IMG/VR virus record: IMGVR_UViG_3300011116_001048 | Location: 1 to 64,000 of that record | Direction: 5' to 3' (one strand) | DNA length: 64,000 nt | From: a virus | In this document: piece by piece, positions 54,682-63,327 of the stretch | Layout: every line of letters starts with the position of its first letter | Position numbering within the stretch: the first letter of the stretch is position 1 | Translations under genes and position numbers: made by a program | The notes under the pieces: model-generated | Databases searched by the model: none | Told to the model about the DNA's origin: nothing | Seen by the model: only the letters and a program-made list of their open reading frames with translations

Positions 54682-56402
54682 TCACATTCAAGACTGTTCG
54701 TTTTAAGAATTTTGGTTCTTTCGGTAATACCTTTACTGAAATTAACCTAAACAAAAATAACACAACTCTGGTGTGTGGTTCTAATGGTAACGGTAAGTCG
54801 TTTGCTTTCCTAGACTCTATCTCGTTTGCCCTATTTGGCAAACCGTTTCGTAACATGAACATTCCCCAACTTGTAAATAGCATCAACAAGAAAAATTGTG
54901 TGGTGGAATTAGAATTCAGTATTGGTAAAACCGAATACAAAATTGTTCGTGGTTTGGCTCCCAAAGTGTTTAAGATCTACAAGGACGATGAGCTACTGAA
55001 TGAAGACGCTAAGAGTAAAGACTACCAGAAGATCCTAGAAGAACAAATTGTGGGCATGAATCATAAGACGTTCTCTCAAGTGGTTGTGCTTGGCTCATCT
55101 TCGTTTATTCCGTTCATGCAGTTAACCCCAGCAGATCGTCGTCTAGTTATTGAAAATATTTTAGACATCGGTATCTTCTCAGAGATGAATGGTGTACTAA
55201 AAACCAAGATTGGTACTGCCAAAGGCAACCTACAGGCAGTAGAGTCTGAACTATTGTTAGTAAACGAAAAAGTTTCTGCAACCAAAGAGGTGTTGGAGTC
55301 GTACCAACGCAACACGTCAGATCGTGTGGCAGACCGTAAAAAGACTCTGGAAGAAAACACCGAAACCATCAAGGCCCTTTCCAAGGAGATCAAAGCTCTT
55401 CAAAAGACCATGAAGGAACTGGAAGCCGAAACAGAACCGGGAGATCAGATCAGTGCTGAACTTAAAAAACAACAAATTGTACTTTTTAAACTGGAAAGTA
55501 CTATTGAGGGAGTTCAAGAAGACATCAAGTTCTTTGAAAAGAACCAAAGTTGCCCAACCTGCAAACAAACCATCAGCAAGGAACACAAAGAAACAGTTAT
55601 TGCTGAAAAGACAGAAAAAGCACAAGAACATAACCGTTCACTGGAACGCATAAAAGAAGCAATCAATATGTCTAAGAATAATTTGAACAAGATTACCAGT
55701 GTTCAAAATAAACTTAATGATCTAATCATCAAAGCTTCTGCCAAAGAGCAAACAGTAGAGTCTCTGGTTAAACTAAACCAAAAGTTAGATCAGGAGATGC
55801 TGGCGGTTGTAGAAACCGCAGACACACAAGCCAAGATTCAAGAAGCACAGGAACGTCTTTCTGATCTGCTATCCAAACAAGAAAAACTTTTGGAAAAAAA
55901 ACAGAAAGCTCTTGACACGCTCCGTTCGTATGATAAACTGGTATTCTTGTTCAAGGACAGTGGAATCAAAGCCAAGATTGTAAAATACTATATTCCACTA
56001 ATTAACAAGTACGTGAACAAGTATCTAAACAACATGGACTTCTACGCAAACTTCCATCTAGACGAGGAGTTTAACGAAGTCATTAAGAGCCGCCATCGTG
56101 ACGAGTTCTGTTACGAATCGTTCAGCGAAGGCGAGAAAATGAGAATCGATCTGGCACTGCTTCTGACATGGCGAGAGATCGCAAAGTTGAAGAACAGTGT
56201 CAATACTAATCTGCTTATTCTGGATGAAGTATTTGATTCCAGTTTGGACAGTGGTGGAGTGGATGAGCTAATGAAACTGCTGTCTAGTTTTGGTGCCCGT
56301 GCAAACGTCTATGTCATTAGCCATAAGACGGACCAACTACTAGATAGATTCAATCACGTTGTTCAATTCGACAAGAAAAAGAACTTTAGTAGGATTGTAT
56401 GA
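54678..56402 (+). CDS. gp46: recombination ATPase gp46 (Rad50/SbcC-like)
   Basis: GSNGNGKS, CPTC zinc hook, FSEGEKMRIDL, LLILDEVFDSSLD, ISHK. Confidence 0.97.
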   Translation: MITFKTVRFKNFGSFGNTFTEINLNKNNTTLVCGSNGNGKSFAFLDSISFALFGKPFRNMNIPQLVNSINKKNCVVELEFSIGKTEYKIVRGLAPKVFKIYKDDELLNEDAKSKDYQKILEEQIVGMNHKTFSQVVVLGSSSFIPFMQLTPADRRLVIENILDIGIFSEMNGVLKTKIGTAKGNLQAVESELLLVNEKVSATKEVLESYQRNTSDRVADRKKTLEENTETIKALSKEIKALQKTMKELEAETEPGDQISAELKKQQIVLFKLESTIEGVQEDIKFFEKNQSCPTCKQTISKEHKETVIAEKTEKAQEHNRSLERIKEAINMSKNNLNKITSVQNKLNDLIIKASAKEQTVESLVKLNQKLDQEMLAVVETADTQAKIQEAQERLSDLLSKQEKLLEKKQKALDTLRSYDKLVFLFKDSGIKAKIVKYYIPLINKYVNKYLNNMDFYANFHLDEEFNEVIKSRHRDEFCYESFSEGEKMRIDLALLLTWREIAKLKNSVNTNLLILDEVFDSSLDSGGVDELMKLLSSFGARANVYVISHKTDQLLDRFNHVVQFDKKKNFSRIV

Positions 56403-56593
56403 GAAAAAAACAAGATAAAAGAAAAATACCATATCAAGGATCTCCACATAAGTTTAGAGTTCCTGATGCTTATCTTAAAAATCCTAAATTGTGGGAAGCT
56501 AAAATTAAAAAAGAAGAAGATAAAAAGAAAAAAGAAGAAGCAGAATTTTTTGAATGGTATAATAAAGAACTGAAAAAATACGGATATAAATGA
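56399..56593 (+). CDS. small Lys/Glu-rich hypothetical protein
   Basis: ATGA-coupled to gp46 and to the next gene. Confidence 0.6.
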   Translation: MRKKQDKRKIPYQGSPHKFRVPDAYLKNPKLWEAKIKKEEDKKKKEEAEFFEWYNKELKKYGYK

Positions 56594-57330
56594 AAAAGAA
56601 AAAGAAAAAGGTGTCACGCCGCATCGGTAGGGGAGATTCTGTAGACTCGCTAATTATGGGTAGCGAGCCTATATGGAAGGATGCAGACAAGCTAACTCCA
56701 GAAGAATACGATACCAAGATCCTTAAGGCTATTAACTGGTACAGTTATTCGTGTGACAATAACATGTGCAAGCCATGGGTCATCGACTGGATGATGAAGA
56801 ACGAGTATTCTAAAAAGGACATCAAGGCGGCTGCAGCATGCGATATCAATGCTATGGAGTTTATGTATATTGGTAGCCGTTGCCGTATTATGAATCTGGG
56901 GGCTAAACTACGACCAGAAACTCTGGATATGATCAAGAAGAACGTAGACCAGATTATTCATCAGGGGTTGATTCGTCCGGCTAAGATCGAAGATCCTAAC
57001 AAGGAAAGGGTTAATGTTCAAGAACGTATTCTAAAGAAGAGTATAGAATACATGGCCGTAATTGAAGGCCGTATTGATCATTTTTACGATCTTGCAATCC
57101 ACGATGGACTAAAGAACGTAGATCATACTGAATGGCTTCGTAGTGAAGGCATCAAGCCTGTACACTATAAGCGTTTAGCTAAAGTTCTAGACCCACACAT
57201 TAAAGAACTAAAAACAGCATATAAAGGCCAAGATGCAGATCTTAAAGAAGGATTTTCGTTCCTCGGTAAACGTAAGATCAAACAAATGATAACTACATTA
57301 GAGGAATTTAAGGAAATTCTTAATGGCTAA
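56590..57330 (+). CDS. conserved T4-like phage hypothetical protein
   Basis: EP.W...A.NWY.Y..., EL..A..G.D..L.EG.S.L pattern of a T4-like family. Confidence 0.75.
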   Translation: MKKKKKKVSRRIGRGDSVDSLIMGSEPIWKDADKLTPEEYDTKILKAINWYSYSCDNNMCKPWVIDWMMKNEYSKKDIKAAAACDINAMEFMYIGSRCRIMNLGAKLRPETLDMIKKNVDQIIHQGLIRPAKIEDPNKERVNVQERILKKSIEYMAVIEGRIDHFYDLAIHDGLKNVDHTEWLRSEGIKPVHYKRLAKVLDPHIKELKTAYKGQDADLKEGFSFLGKRKIKQMITTLEEFKEILNG

Positions 57331-57643
57331 TTTTCCAACAATATTTAAAGTAACAGACGGTTCTGGAAATTGTATACAATACGCCAAAGGTGATGTTGTA
57401 TATAAAAATGGAGAAGCGTATATTGCAAAAGTAATTCCTACACCGTGTCTTTCTCCGGAGCACAAAGCGTCAGGATGGGAACCACTAGCAAGTGAAAGAA
57501 CTGGAACAACAGTAACTTATTACAATTCCACTACCGCACCCGCCAGAGTGGTTCAGGGAGATGAATGGTTCAATCCAAGTACTGGAAGATTGTACAAATA
57601 TATTATTGATTCAAATTCCGAACAATGGGTACAAATCTTTTGA
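57323..57643 (+). CDS. small protein with CBM5/12-like module and GD.W.D fibre motif
   Basis: YAKGDVVYKNGEAYIAK....P.....W; GDEWFNPSTGRLYKY...SEQWVQ. Confidence 0.6.
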   Translation: MANFPTIFKVTDGSGNCIQYAKGDVVYKNGEAYIAKVIPTPCLSPEHKASGWEPLASERTGTTVTYYNSTTAPARVVQGDEWFNPSTGRLYKYIIDSNSEQWVQIF

Positions 57644-57667
57644 CTTTTGTTTTTTCTGTGGTATATT
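57640..57667 (+). promoter_or_regulatory. sigma70-type promoter, 16-nt spacer
   Basis: TTGACT(57640-45)-N16-TATATT(57662-67); rnh ATG at +7. Confidence 0.75.
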
Positions 57668-57673
57668 TAAATC

Positions 57674-58510
57674 ATGTTACTTATTGACAACAACCAGATT
57701 ATTCTGGCTAATATTTTTCAGGCATCCAAAGATGGCGAACCCTTGAATGAAGATTATGTTCGCCATACGGTTCTGAACACGTATCGTAAATATCGCACAA
57801 AGTTTCGCAATTATGGAGAAATGATTCTCTGTAATGACGGAAATAATTATTGGCGCAAAGAGATTTTTCCTTATTATAAGGCAAATCGTAAAAAGCAGCA
57901 AGAATCTAAGAAAGAAGAATGGAAAGCTGTTTTTGATGTACTGGATAATCTAAGAGAAGAAATTAAAGACGTTTTTCCGTATCCTAGCATTCGTATGCAA
58001 GGAGCAGAAGCAGACGATATTATTTACACTCTTTGCAAGACTTATTCGCCATCCGAAAAAGTTCTTATTATTTCTAACGATAAAGACTTTCAACAATTAC
58101 AGATGTTTCCAAATGTAGAGCAATACAGCCCCACTACAGATAAATATCTTACATGTTCCGATCCTCGTGGATTTCTTTTTGAACATGTAATTGGTGGTGA
58201 TTCTAGTGACGGAATTCCTAATATTCTGAGCGATGACGATACCTTTGTGCAAGACGGAAAGCGCCAAACACCATTAACTCAAAAACGAATTACACAAATT
58301 AAAAAGGACGCGGAATTGTCCACATTTTATGAAAATCCTAAATATGTTAGAAACAGTACACTAATTGATATGAGTAATGTACCACAAGATCTACAAGATC
58401 GTATTTTAGAATCTTATCAGTCTCAGAAAGGAAAAGGCAGAACCAAGCTGCTTCAGTATTTTATTGATCATAAACTGAAGAGTCTCATGCCACATTTAGA
58501 GGAGTTTTGA
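57674..58510 (+). CDS. rnh: RNase H / 5'-3' exonuclease (T4 rnh)
   Basis: LIDNNQI, YWRKE.FPYYKANRK, EADDII, IISNDKDF.QLQ, GDSSDGIPN. Confidence 0.95.
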   Translation: MLLIDNNQIILANIFQASKDGEPLNEDYVRHTVLNTYRKYRTKFRNYGEMILCNDGNNYWRKEIFPYYKANRKKQQESKKEEWKAVFDVLDNLREEIKDVFPYPSIRMQGAEADDIIYTLCKTYSPSEKVLIISNDKDFQQLQMFPNVEQYSPTTDKYLTCSDPRGFLFEHVIGGDSSDGIPNILSDDDTFVQDGKRQTPLTQKRITQIKKDAELSTFYENPKYVRNSTLIDMSNVPQDLQDRILESYQSQKGKGRTKLLQYFIDHKLKSLMPHLEEF

Positions 58511-58692
58511 TGTATACCCCAGAACCTGAATCAGAGTATGAGCGTTGGAAGCGTGAACAAAAAGAACGTAAGCAAGCGCGAAAAACAAAACGCCCTCGCA
58601 AACCAAATCAACAACAGTGGTTAAATGATCTTCGCCACGGATACACATCTGATGGCGATGATTTTGAAAATTTTGAACGATTTAACAAATAA
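58510..58692 (+). CDS. small hypothetical protein
   Basis: TGATG coupling to rnh; GGAG SD. Confidence 0.6.
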   Translation: MYTPEPESEYERWKREQKERKQARKTKRPRKPNQQQWLNDLRHGYTSDGDDFENFERFNK

Positions 58693-58707
58693 AAGGAAAT
58701 GTATATT

Positions 58708-59394
58708 ATGACTAAAGCGACAACAACAATCTCTAAGGATACGCTGAACATTCTTAAGAATTTCAGCGGTATTAATTCTAATCTGTATGTAAAGCCCGGT
58801 TCAAAGATTACAACTATGTCCCCTACCAAGAACATCATGGCAGAGGTAGAAGTTGAAGAATCTTTTGATACTGAGTTTGGTATTTGGGATCTGAACAAGC
58901 TTCTGGGTGTTATTTCACTGTTTCAAGAACCAGAATTTGCTTTTGAAAACAAGTACATGACAATTACTGGTGCTAGAGGTTCCACTGTAAAATACTATTA
59001 TTCTGATCCTAAGCTCCTATCATATCCAACTAAGAGCATCAAGAAGATCGATTCTGTCGTAGAGTTTGATCTTACTGCAGATGACTTTAAGGAACTACAA
59101 CGAGCAAGTGCTGTTCTAGGCAATCCAGATTTGTGTTTTATTTCTGAAGATGACAAGGTACTTGCTGTGGTAAAGGATCTCAAGGATCCAACCTGTAACG
59201 TGTTCTCTATTGAGGTTGGTGAAAACAAGAACGAAGCCGAGTTTTCATTTAACTTCAAGATGGAAAACATGAAGATGTTAGATGGAGATTATCACGTAGC
59301 TCTGTCTAAGAGCGTGATTGGTCAGTTTACAAACGCCAGTCGTCCACTAACGTATTGGGTGGCTATGGATGCCAGCAGCACCTACAAGGGATAA
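58708..59394 (+). CDS. gp45: sliding clamp gp45
   Basis: T..ILKNFS.IN, FGIWDL...L, Y.YSDP, F.FNFK.EN.K...GDY. Confidence 0.95.
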   Translation: MTKATTTISKDTLNILKNFSGINSNLYVKPGSKITTMSPTKNIMAEVEVEESFDTEFGIWDLNKLLGVISLFQEPEFAFENKYMTITGARGSTVKYYYSDPKLLSYPTKSIKKIDSVVEFDLTADDFKELQRASAVLGNPDLCFISEDDKVLAVVKDLKDPTCNVFSIEVGENKNEAEFSFNFKMENMKMLDGDYHVALSKSVIGQFTNASRPLTYWVAMDASSTYKG

Positions 59395-59395
59395 T

Positions 59396-60355
59396 ATGCT
59401 AACTGCAAATGATGCTATTGGACTTCTCGTTGAGAAGTATCGTCCTGCTATTATTGATCATTGCGTACTTCCTCAAGACTTGAAGGACACGTTTAATAGT
59501 ATTGTGGAGTCTGGGGAGTGCCCTAATCTGCTTCTAGCAGGCAAGCCCGGTATGGGTAAGACCACAGTAGCCAAGGCACTGTGTACCCAACTAGGCGCAG
59601 ATTATATTCTGATCAACTGTTCTGAAGACGGTAATATTGATACCCTACGAACCAAGATCCGACAATTTGCCAGTACGGTGTCGCTGTCAGAAGGGGCCAA
59701 GCAGAAGATCGTTATTCTGGACGAGTTCGACTACTCTAACGCCCAGAGCATTCAGCCAGCCCTTCGTGGAGCTATTGAAGAGTTTGCTAAGACTTGCCGG
59801 TTTATCTTGACGTGCAACTACAAGAACCGTATTATTGAGCCTATCCATTCTCGTTGCACGGTTATTGATTTTAATTTCCCTGCAAAGGAACGTCCAGAAC
59901 TGGCCAAGCAGTTTCTGTCCCGTTGTCAAGGTATTCTAGACGAAGAAGGCATCAAGTACGATCTCAAGGTGCTGTCTAAGGTCGTCGTCAAGTTTTTTCC
60001 GGATTTTCGTCGTACCCTAAACGAACTCCAGAGGTACTCTGCGGCTGGGGTTATTGATATTGGAATCCTTAGCACGGCTGGAGAACTTAACATCAAGGAA
60101 TTGATGGGGTTCTTAAAGACCAAGAACTTTACAGAGATTCGTAAGTGGGTAGCCAACAATCTAGACAACAGCCCTCAGGACGTGTTTAGGAAGGTCTACG
60201 ATGGCTTATACGAGCATCTAGATCCCAAGAGCATTCCTCAAGCAGTTGTGATTATAGGCGAATACCAATACAAAACCGCATTTGTAGCGGACCAAGAAAT
60301 CAATCTGTGTGCGTTTATGGTAGAAGTAATGATGAATTGTGAGTTTAAGGAATGA
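59396..60355 (+). CDS. gp44: clamp loader large subunit gp44
   Basis: EKYRP, GKPGMGKTT, IN.SE...ID.LR, ILDEFD, FILTCNY, SRC. Confidence 0.96.
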   Translation: MLTANDAIGLLVEKYRPAIIDHCVLPQDLKDTFNSIVESGECPNLLLAGKPGMGKTTVAKALCTQLGADYILINCSEDGNIDTLRTKIRQFASTVSLSEGAKQKIVILDEFDYSNAQSIQPALRGAIEEFAKTCRFILTCNYKNRIIEPIHSRCTVIDFNFPAKERPELAKQFLSRCQGILDEEGIKYDLKVLSKVVVKFFPDFRRTLNELQRYSAAGVIDIGILSTAGELNIKELMGFLKTKNFTEIRKWVANNLDNSPQDVFRKVYDGLYEHLDPKSIPQAVVIIGEYQYKTAFVADQEINLCAFMVEVMMNCEFKE

Positions 60356-60747
60356 ATCCGTTTGACTTCCTAAATTCCATAAATCAAACAAAAATTCCAC
60401 TTATGGACGAAGACCCCGGGTGCGAACGGGAGTACAATCCATTTCTAGCCAATCGTGGTCTTTCGTACTTTTCTGATACTATATTTTTGGCAAATGAAAT
60501 GAACCGCTTACCAGGTTTGGGCAAAAAGCTCCAGTACGACTTTCTTCGAGTATCTGCCCGAGCCCGTAAACGATACAGTAAGTGGATCAAGGACGAGTCT
60601 AATGACCGTATAGACGCTTTAAAGACCCTATACGGTTACTCCCATACCAAAGCCAAACAGGCAGCAGAACTAATATCAGAAGACGATTGGAAGCTTATTT
60701 TTGCTCGTTTGAATCAAGGTGGCACAAATACTAAAATTCCTAAATAA
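60352..60747 (+). CDS. gp62: clamp loader small subunit gp62
   Basis: PFDFLNSIN.TK, Y.PFL.NR.LSYF.D....ANEMN, RKRYSKW.K, YGYS..KA. Confidence 0.94.
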   Translation: MNPFDFLNSINQTKIPLMDEDPGCEREYNPFLANRGLSYFSDTIFLANEMNRLPGLGKKLQYDFLRVSARARKRYSKWIKDESNDRIDALKTLYGYSHTKAKQAAELISEDDWKLIFARLNQGGTNTKIPK

Positions 60748-60784
60748 TTCCGTGTTACTGAAATTTTAATGAAAGCGGATTATT

Positions 60785-61189
60785 ATGGAACCCGAAGATA
60801 TTTTTGATGGCCTTGGAGTTGAAATTAAATTAAAATCTAAAGACGATTTTCTCAAGGTCAAAGAAACACTTACCCGCATGGGTGTGTCATCCAAGAAAGA
60901 AAAAAAGCTGTATCAAAGTTGTCACATCCTCCACAAGCGAGGACGTTACGCTATTATGCATTTTAAAGAAATGTTAGATCTTGACGGATTAGAAACAGAT
61001 ATAGACGATACCGACCTTGGCCGTCGTAATATGATTGTAAAGCTGCTAGTAGAATGGGGGCTAGTAGAAGCAGTCGATCCAGAAGAATATAAAGAACCAA
61101 TTATTTCTCTGGCTCAATTAAAAATTATTCCCCATAAAGAAAAGAAAGAATGGCAACTGGTGCCTAAATATCATATAGGAAACTCTTAA
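60785..61189 (+). CDS. regA: translational repressor RegA
   Basis: DDFLKVKETLTRMGV.S.K...LYQSCHILHK.GRY.I.HFKE...LDG; KIIP.KEK..W.L..KY.IG. Confidence 0.96.
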   Translation: MEPEDIFDGLGVEIKLKSKDDFLKVKETLTRMGVSSKKEKKLYQSCHILHKRGRYAIMHFKEMLDLDGLETDIDDTDLGRRNMIVKLLVEWGLVEAVDPEEYKEPIISLAQLKIIPHKEKKEWQLVPKYHIGNS

Positions 61190-61191
61190 TC

Positions 61192-61830
61192 ATGAAAACT
61201 GAAGTGATTTCTTTTTATAGTGACATAGACGGTAAAACATATTACAGCGATCATGCAAAACGGCTACACGAACAGTTAGTTCGTTTAAATATACCACATG
61301 ATATCAGACAAAAAGATTCTTTAGGTTCGTATCAAAAAAATTGTCTGAGTAAACCACAATTCATTTATCAACTGTTAGTCCAAAAACAAAAACCACTTGT
61401 TTGGTTGGATATTGATTCAGACGTGCGAAAAGATCTGAATATATTTGATCAATTTATAGGAAATACAGATTTGGCAGTCGCATGTTCTACCAACAAACTG
61501 CACGCAGCAAAAGCATCACCGATCTATTTAGATTTTAATTCCAAAGTATTGGAATTTTTACAACACTGGACCTTTATGGCAAAACAAATGGCTAACAATG
61601 GCCAATGGTTTGATCATGAAGCTTTAATAGGAATTTTACACTCTTTCTACCAAAAAGAAGGATTTCGTATGAAATTTATAGGTCCAGAATATTGTGTATG
61701 GCCCGGTCAAGAAAATGAACATTCGGCTATTGTAATGGGTCTAGCGGATGCTGATTCAAAGAAAGAAGCTCTGAAAAGATTAGGAATGAGTGAGGATTTA
61801 ATAGCATGGCAGAGTCCCGGTACAAAATAA
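61192..61830 (+). CDS. GT-A fold glycosyltransferase (DxD)
   Basis: Y..NCL.KP.FI..LL......VWLDIDS; W.DHEAL. Confidence 0.7.
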   Translation: MKTEVISFYSDIDGKTYYSDHAKRLHEQLVRLNIPHDIRQKDSLGSYQKNCLSKPQFIYQLLVQKQKPLVWLDIDSDVRKDLNIFDQFIGNTDLAVACSTNKLHAAKASPIYLDFNSKVLEFLQHWTFMAKQMANNGQWFDHEALIGILHSFYQKEGFRMKFIGPEYCVWPGQENEHSAIVMGLADADSKKEALKRLGMSEDLIAWQSPGTK

Positions 61831-62690
61831 AAGGAATAGGTCTTCCTTTTGATGCGTCTCATTCGTCTTGTTCTAATATAAAACCAAAAAAATTTGATTG
61901 GAATTTACAAACAGGAATATGTAACGTCCATGTTGATCGTGGATTGATGATTCGTCCTGATTATTCTTTTGAAAAAAATAAAACATTCGGATGGGTGTGT
62001 GAGTCCAAATTTATTGTTCCGGACGTTTATAATTTTTTAATTCATAATTATAAAATTTTATTTGAAAATTATTATAATAAAATATTTACATGCGATCATG
62101 AATTATTATCTTTGCATAAAAATTTTATATATTGCCCTAATGGTAGTAATTATCCTTGGGTAAATAAAAATGATTGGAAAATTTACTCTAAAAATAAAAC
62201 ATGTTCGATGTTTTGTTCTCCAAAATTGATGACAGAAGGGCATGTATACAGACATCAAATTGCGAGATTAGCTCTTGATTGTGGTTTTGATGTATTTGGC
62301 GGTGCACACGGAACAAAAAGAACAGTAACAGATATACGCAATCCATGGAATACTAAAATAGATGGTATCAGAGATTATATGTTTAGTATCGTGGTAGAAA
62401 ATGGTGTTTACGATGCGTACACCACAGAAAAAATAACAGATTGTTTTGCCACAGGTACTATTCCTATATACGTAGGAACAAAACAAATCCCAAGCTGTTT
62501 TGATCCACAGGGAATTATTTGGTTGGAAATGGACAAAGAAAAACAAATACTTGATACTTTAACCGAAGAATTATACATATCTAAGATTAAGTCAATAGAG
62601 CACAATTTAAATGCTTTGAGTCATTTTAAATTAGCAGATGATTACTTATACGAGATGATAGAACATGAAATTTTTAACCCAACTAAATAG
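61806..62690 (+). CDS. glycosyltransferase family 10 (fucosyltransferase-like)
   Basis: Y.FSIVVEN...D.Y.TEKI.DCF..GTIPIY.G is the GT10 alpha-1,3 motif. Confidence 0.82.
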   Translation: MAESRYKIKGIGLPFDASHSSCSNIKPKKFDWNLQTGICNVHVDRGLMIRPDYSFEKNKTFGWVCESKFIVPDVYNFLIHNYKILFENYYNKIFTCDHELLSLHKNFIYCPNGSNYPWVNKNDWKIYSKNKTCSMFCSPKLMTEGHVYRHQIARLALDCGFDVFGGAHGTKRTVTDIRNPWNTKIDGIRDYMFSIVVENGVYDAYTTEKITDCFATGTIPIYVGTKQIPSCFDPQGIIWLEMDKEKQILDTLTEELYISKIKSIEHNLNALSHFKLADDYLYEMIEHEIFNPTK

Positions 62691-63327
62691 TGGCTGTATT
62701 GATATCTGTAAAAATATGATTAAATCTGGAGAATTAGTAGGATTAAATCCAGATGATTTTATTATTGCTTGCCTGGATAAAAATGCACACAACGAATTGA
62801 AGCATTATAAAGGTGCGTTTTTATATCAAGAAACACCATTAACAAATTATCAAAATTGGTCTTTTGATCCGTCTAGTAATTTTAGACAAATTGTTAAAAA
62901 TAAATGGAAATTAATTAAAGAAATATACCAAACACATAAATCTCTTTGTTGGATCGATACGGATATTGTGTTTAAATCAAATCCATTACCCATAATCGAC
63001 AACCACACTCATATACTGTTTCAATGCGATACTCCCGGTTCTTTTATTTGTTCTGGATTTATGGTATTTAATAATACAAAAGAATGTGAACAACTAATAT
63101 CTGAATGTGGAGAAAACACAGAAGAAGACGATCAAATTTTAATCAACAATAAAGTAAGAAAGTACGCAAACAGCTGTGGCATATTAGATCAAGAAAAATT
63201 TCCAAATGGTTATGTGTATCATACACTAGGAAAGAAAGACAAAGCCGTGATAGTGCACAATAATCATATGGTGGGGATTGATACAAAAATTAATAAATTT
63301 AAACAAGAAGGAATGTGGCATATATGA
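62665..63327 (+). CDS. nucleotide-diphospho-sugar transferase (GT77-like)
   Basis: IACLD, WIDTDIVF..NP, C.GFM, EDDQ..IN, FPNG, VHNN..VG...K...FK..G.W. Confidence 0.82.
   Translation: MKFLTQLNSGCIDICKNMIKSGELVGLNPDDFIIACLDKNAHNELKHYKGAFLYQETPLTNYQNWSFDPSSNFRQIVKNKWKLIKEIYQTHKSLCWIDTDIVFKSNPLPIIDNHTHILFQCDTPGSFICSGFMVFNNTKECEQLISECGENTEEDDQILINNKVRKYANSCGILDQEKFPNGYVYHTLGKKDKAVIVHNNHMVGIDTKINKFKQEGMWHI

Noticed and set aside
36236-60355. Introns or inteins in core genes (gp17, gp20, gp23, uvsW, gp46, gp47, gp44)
   Set aside because: All are of ordinary length with contiguous motifs; no C/S...HN splice motifs or interrupting endonucleases seen.
2037-62605. Numerous antisense or nested ORFs in the track (e.g. 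2037-2387, 9177-9818, 4821-5234, 46584-47093)
   Set aside because: They lie opposite or within well-supported genes and lack SDs, promoters and recognisable motifs.
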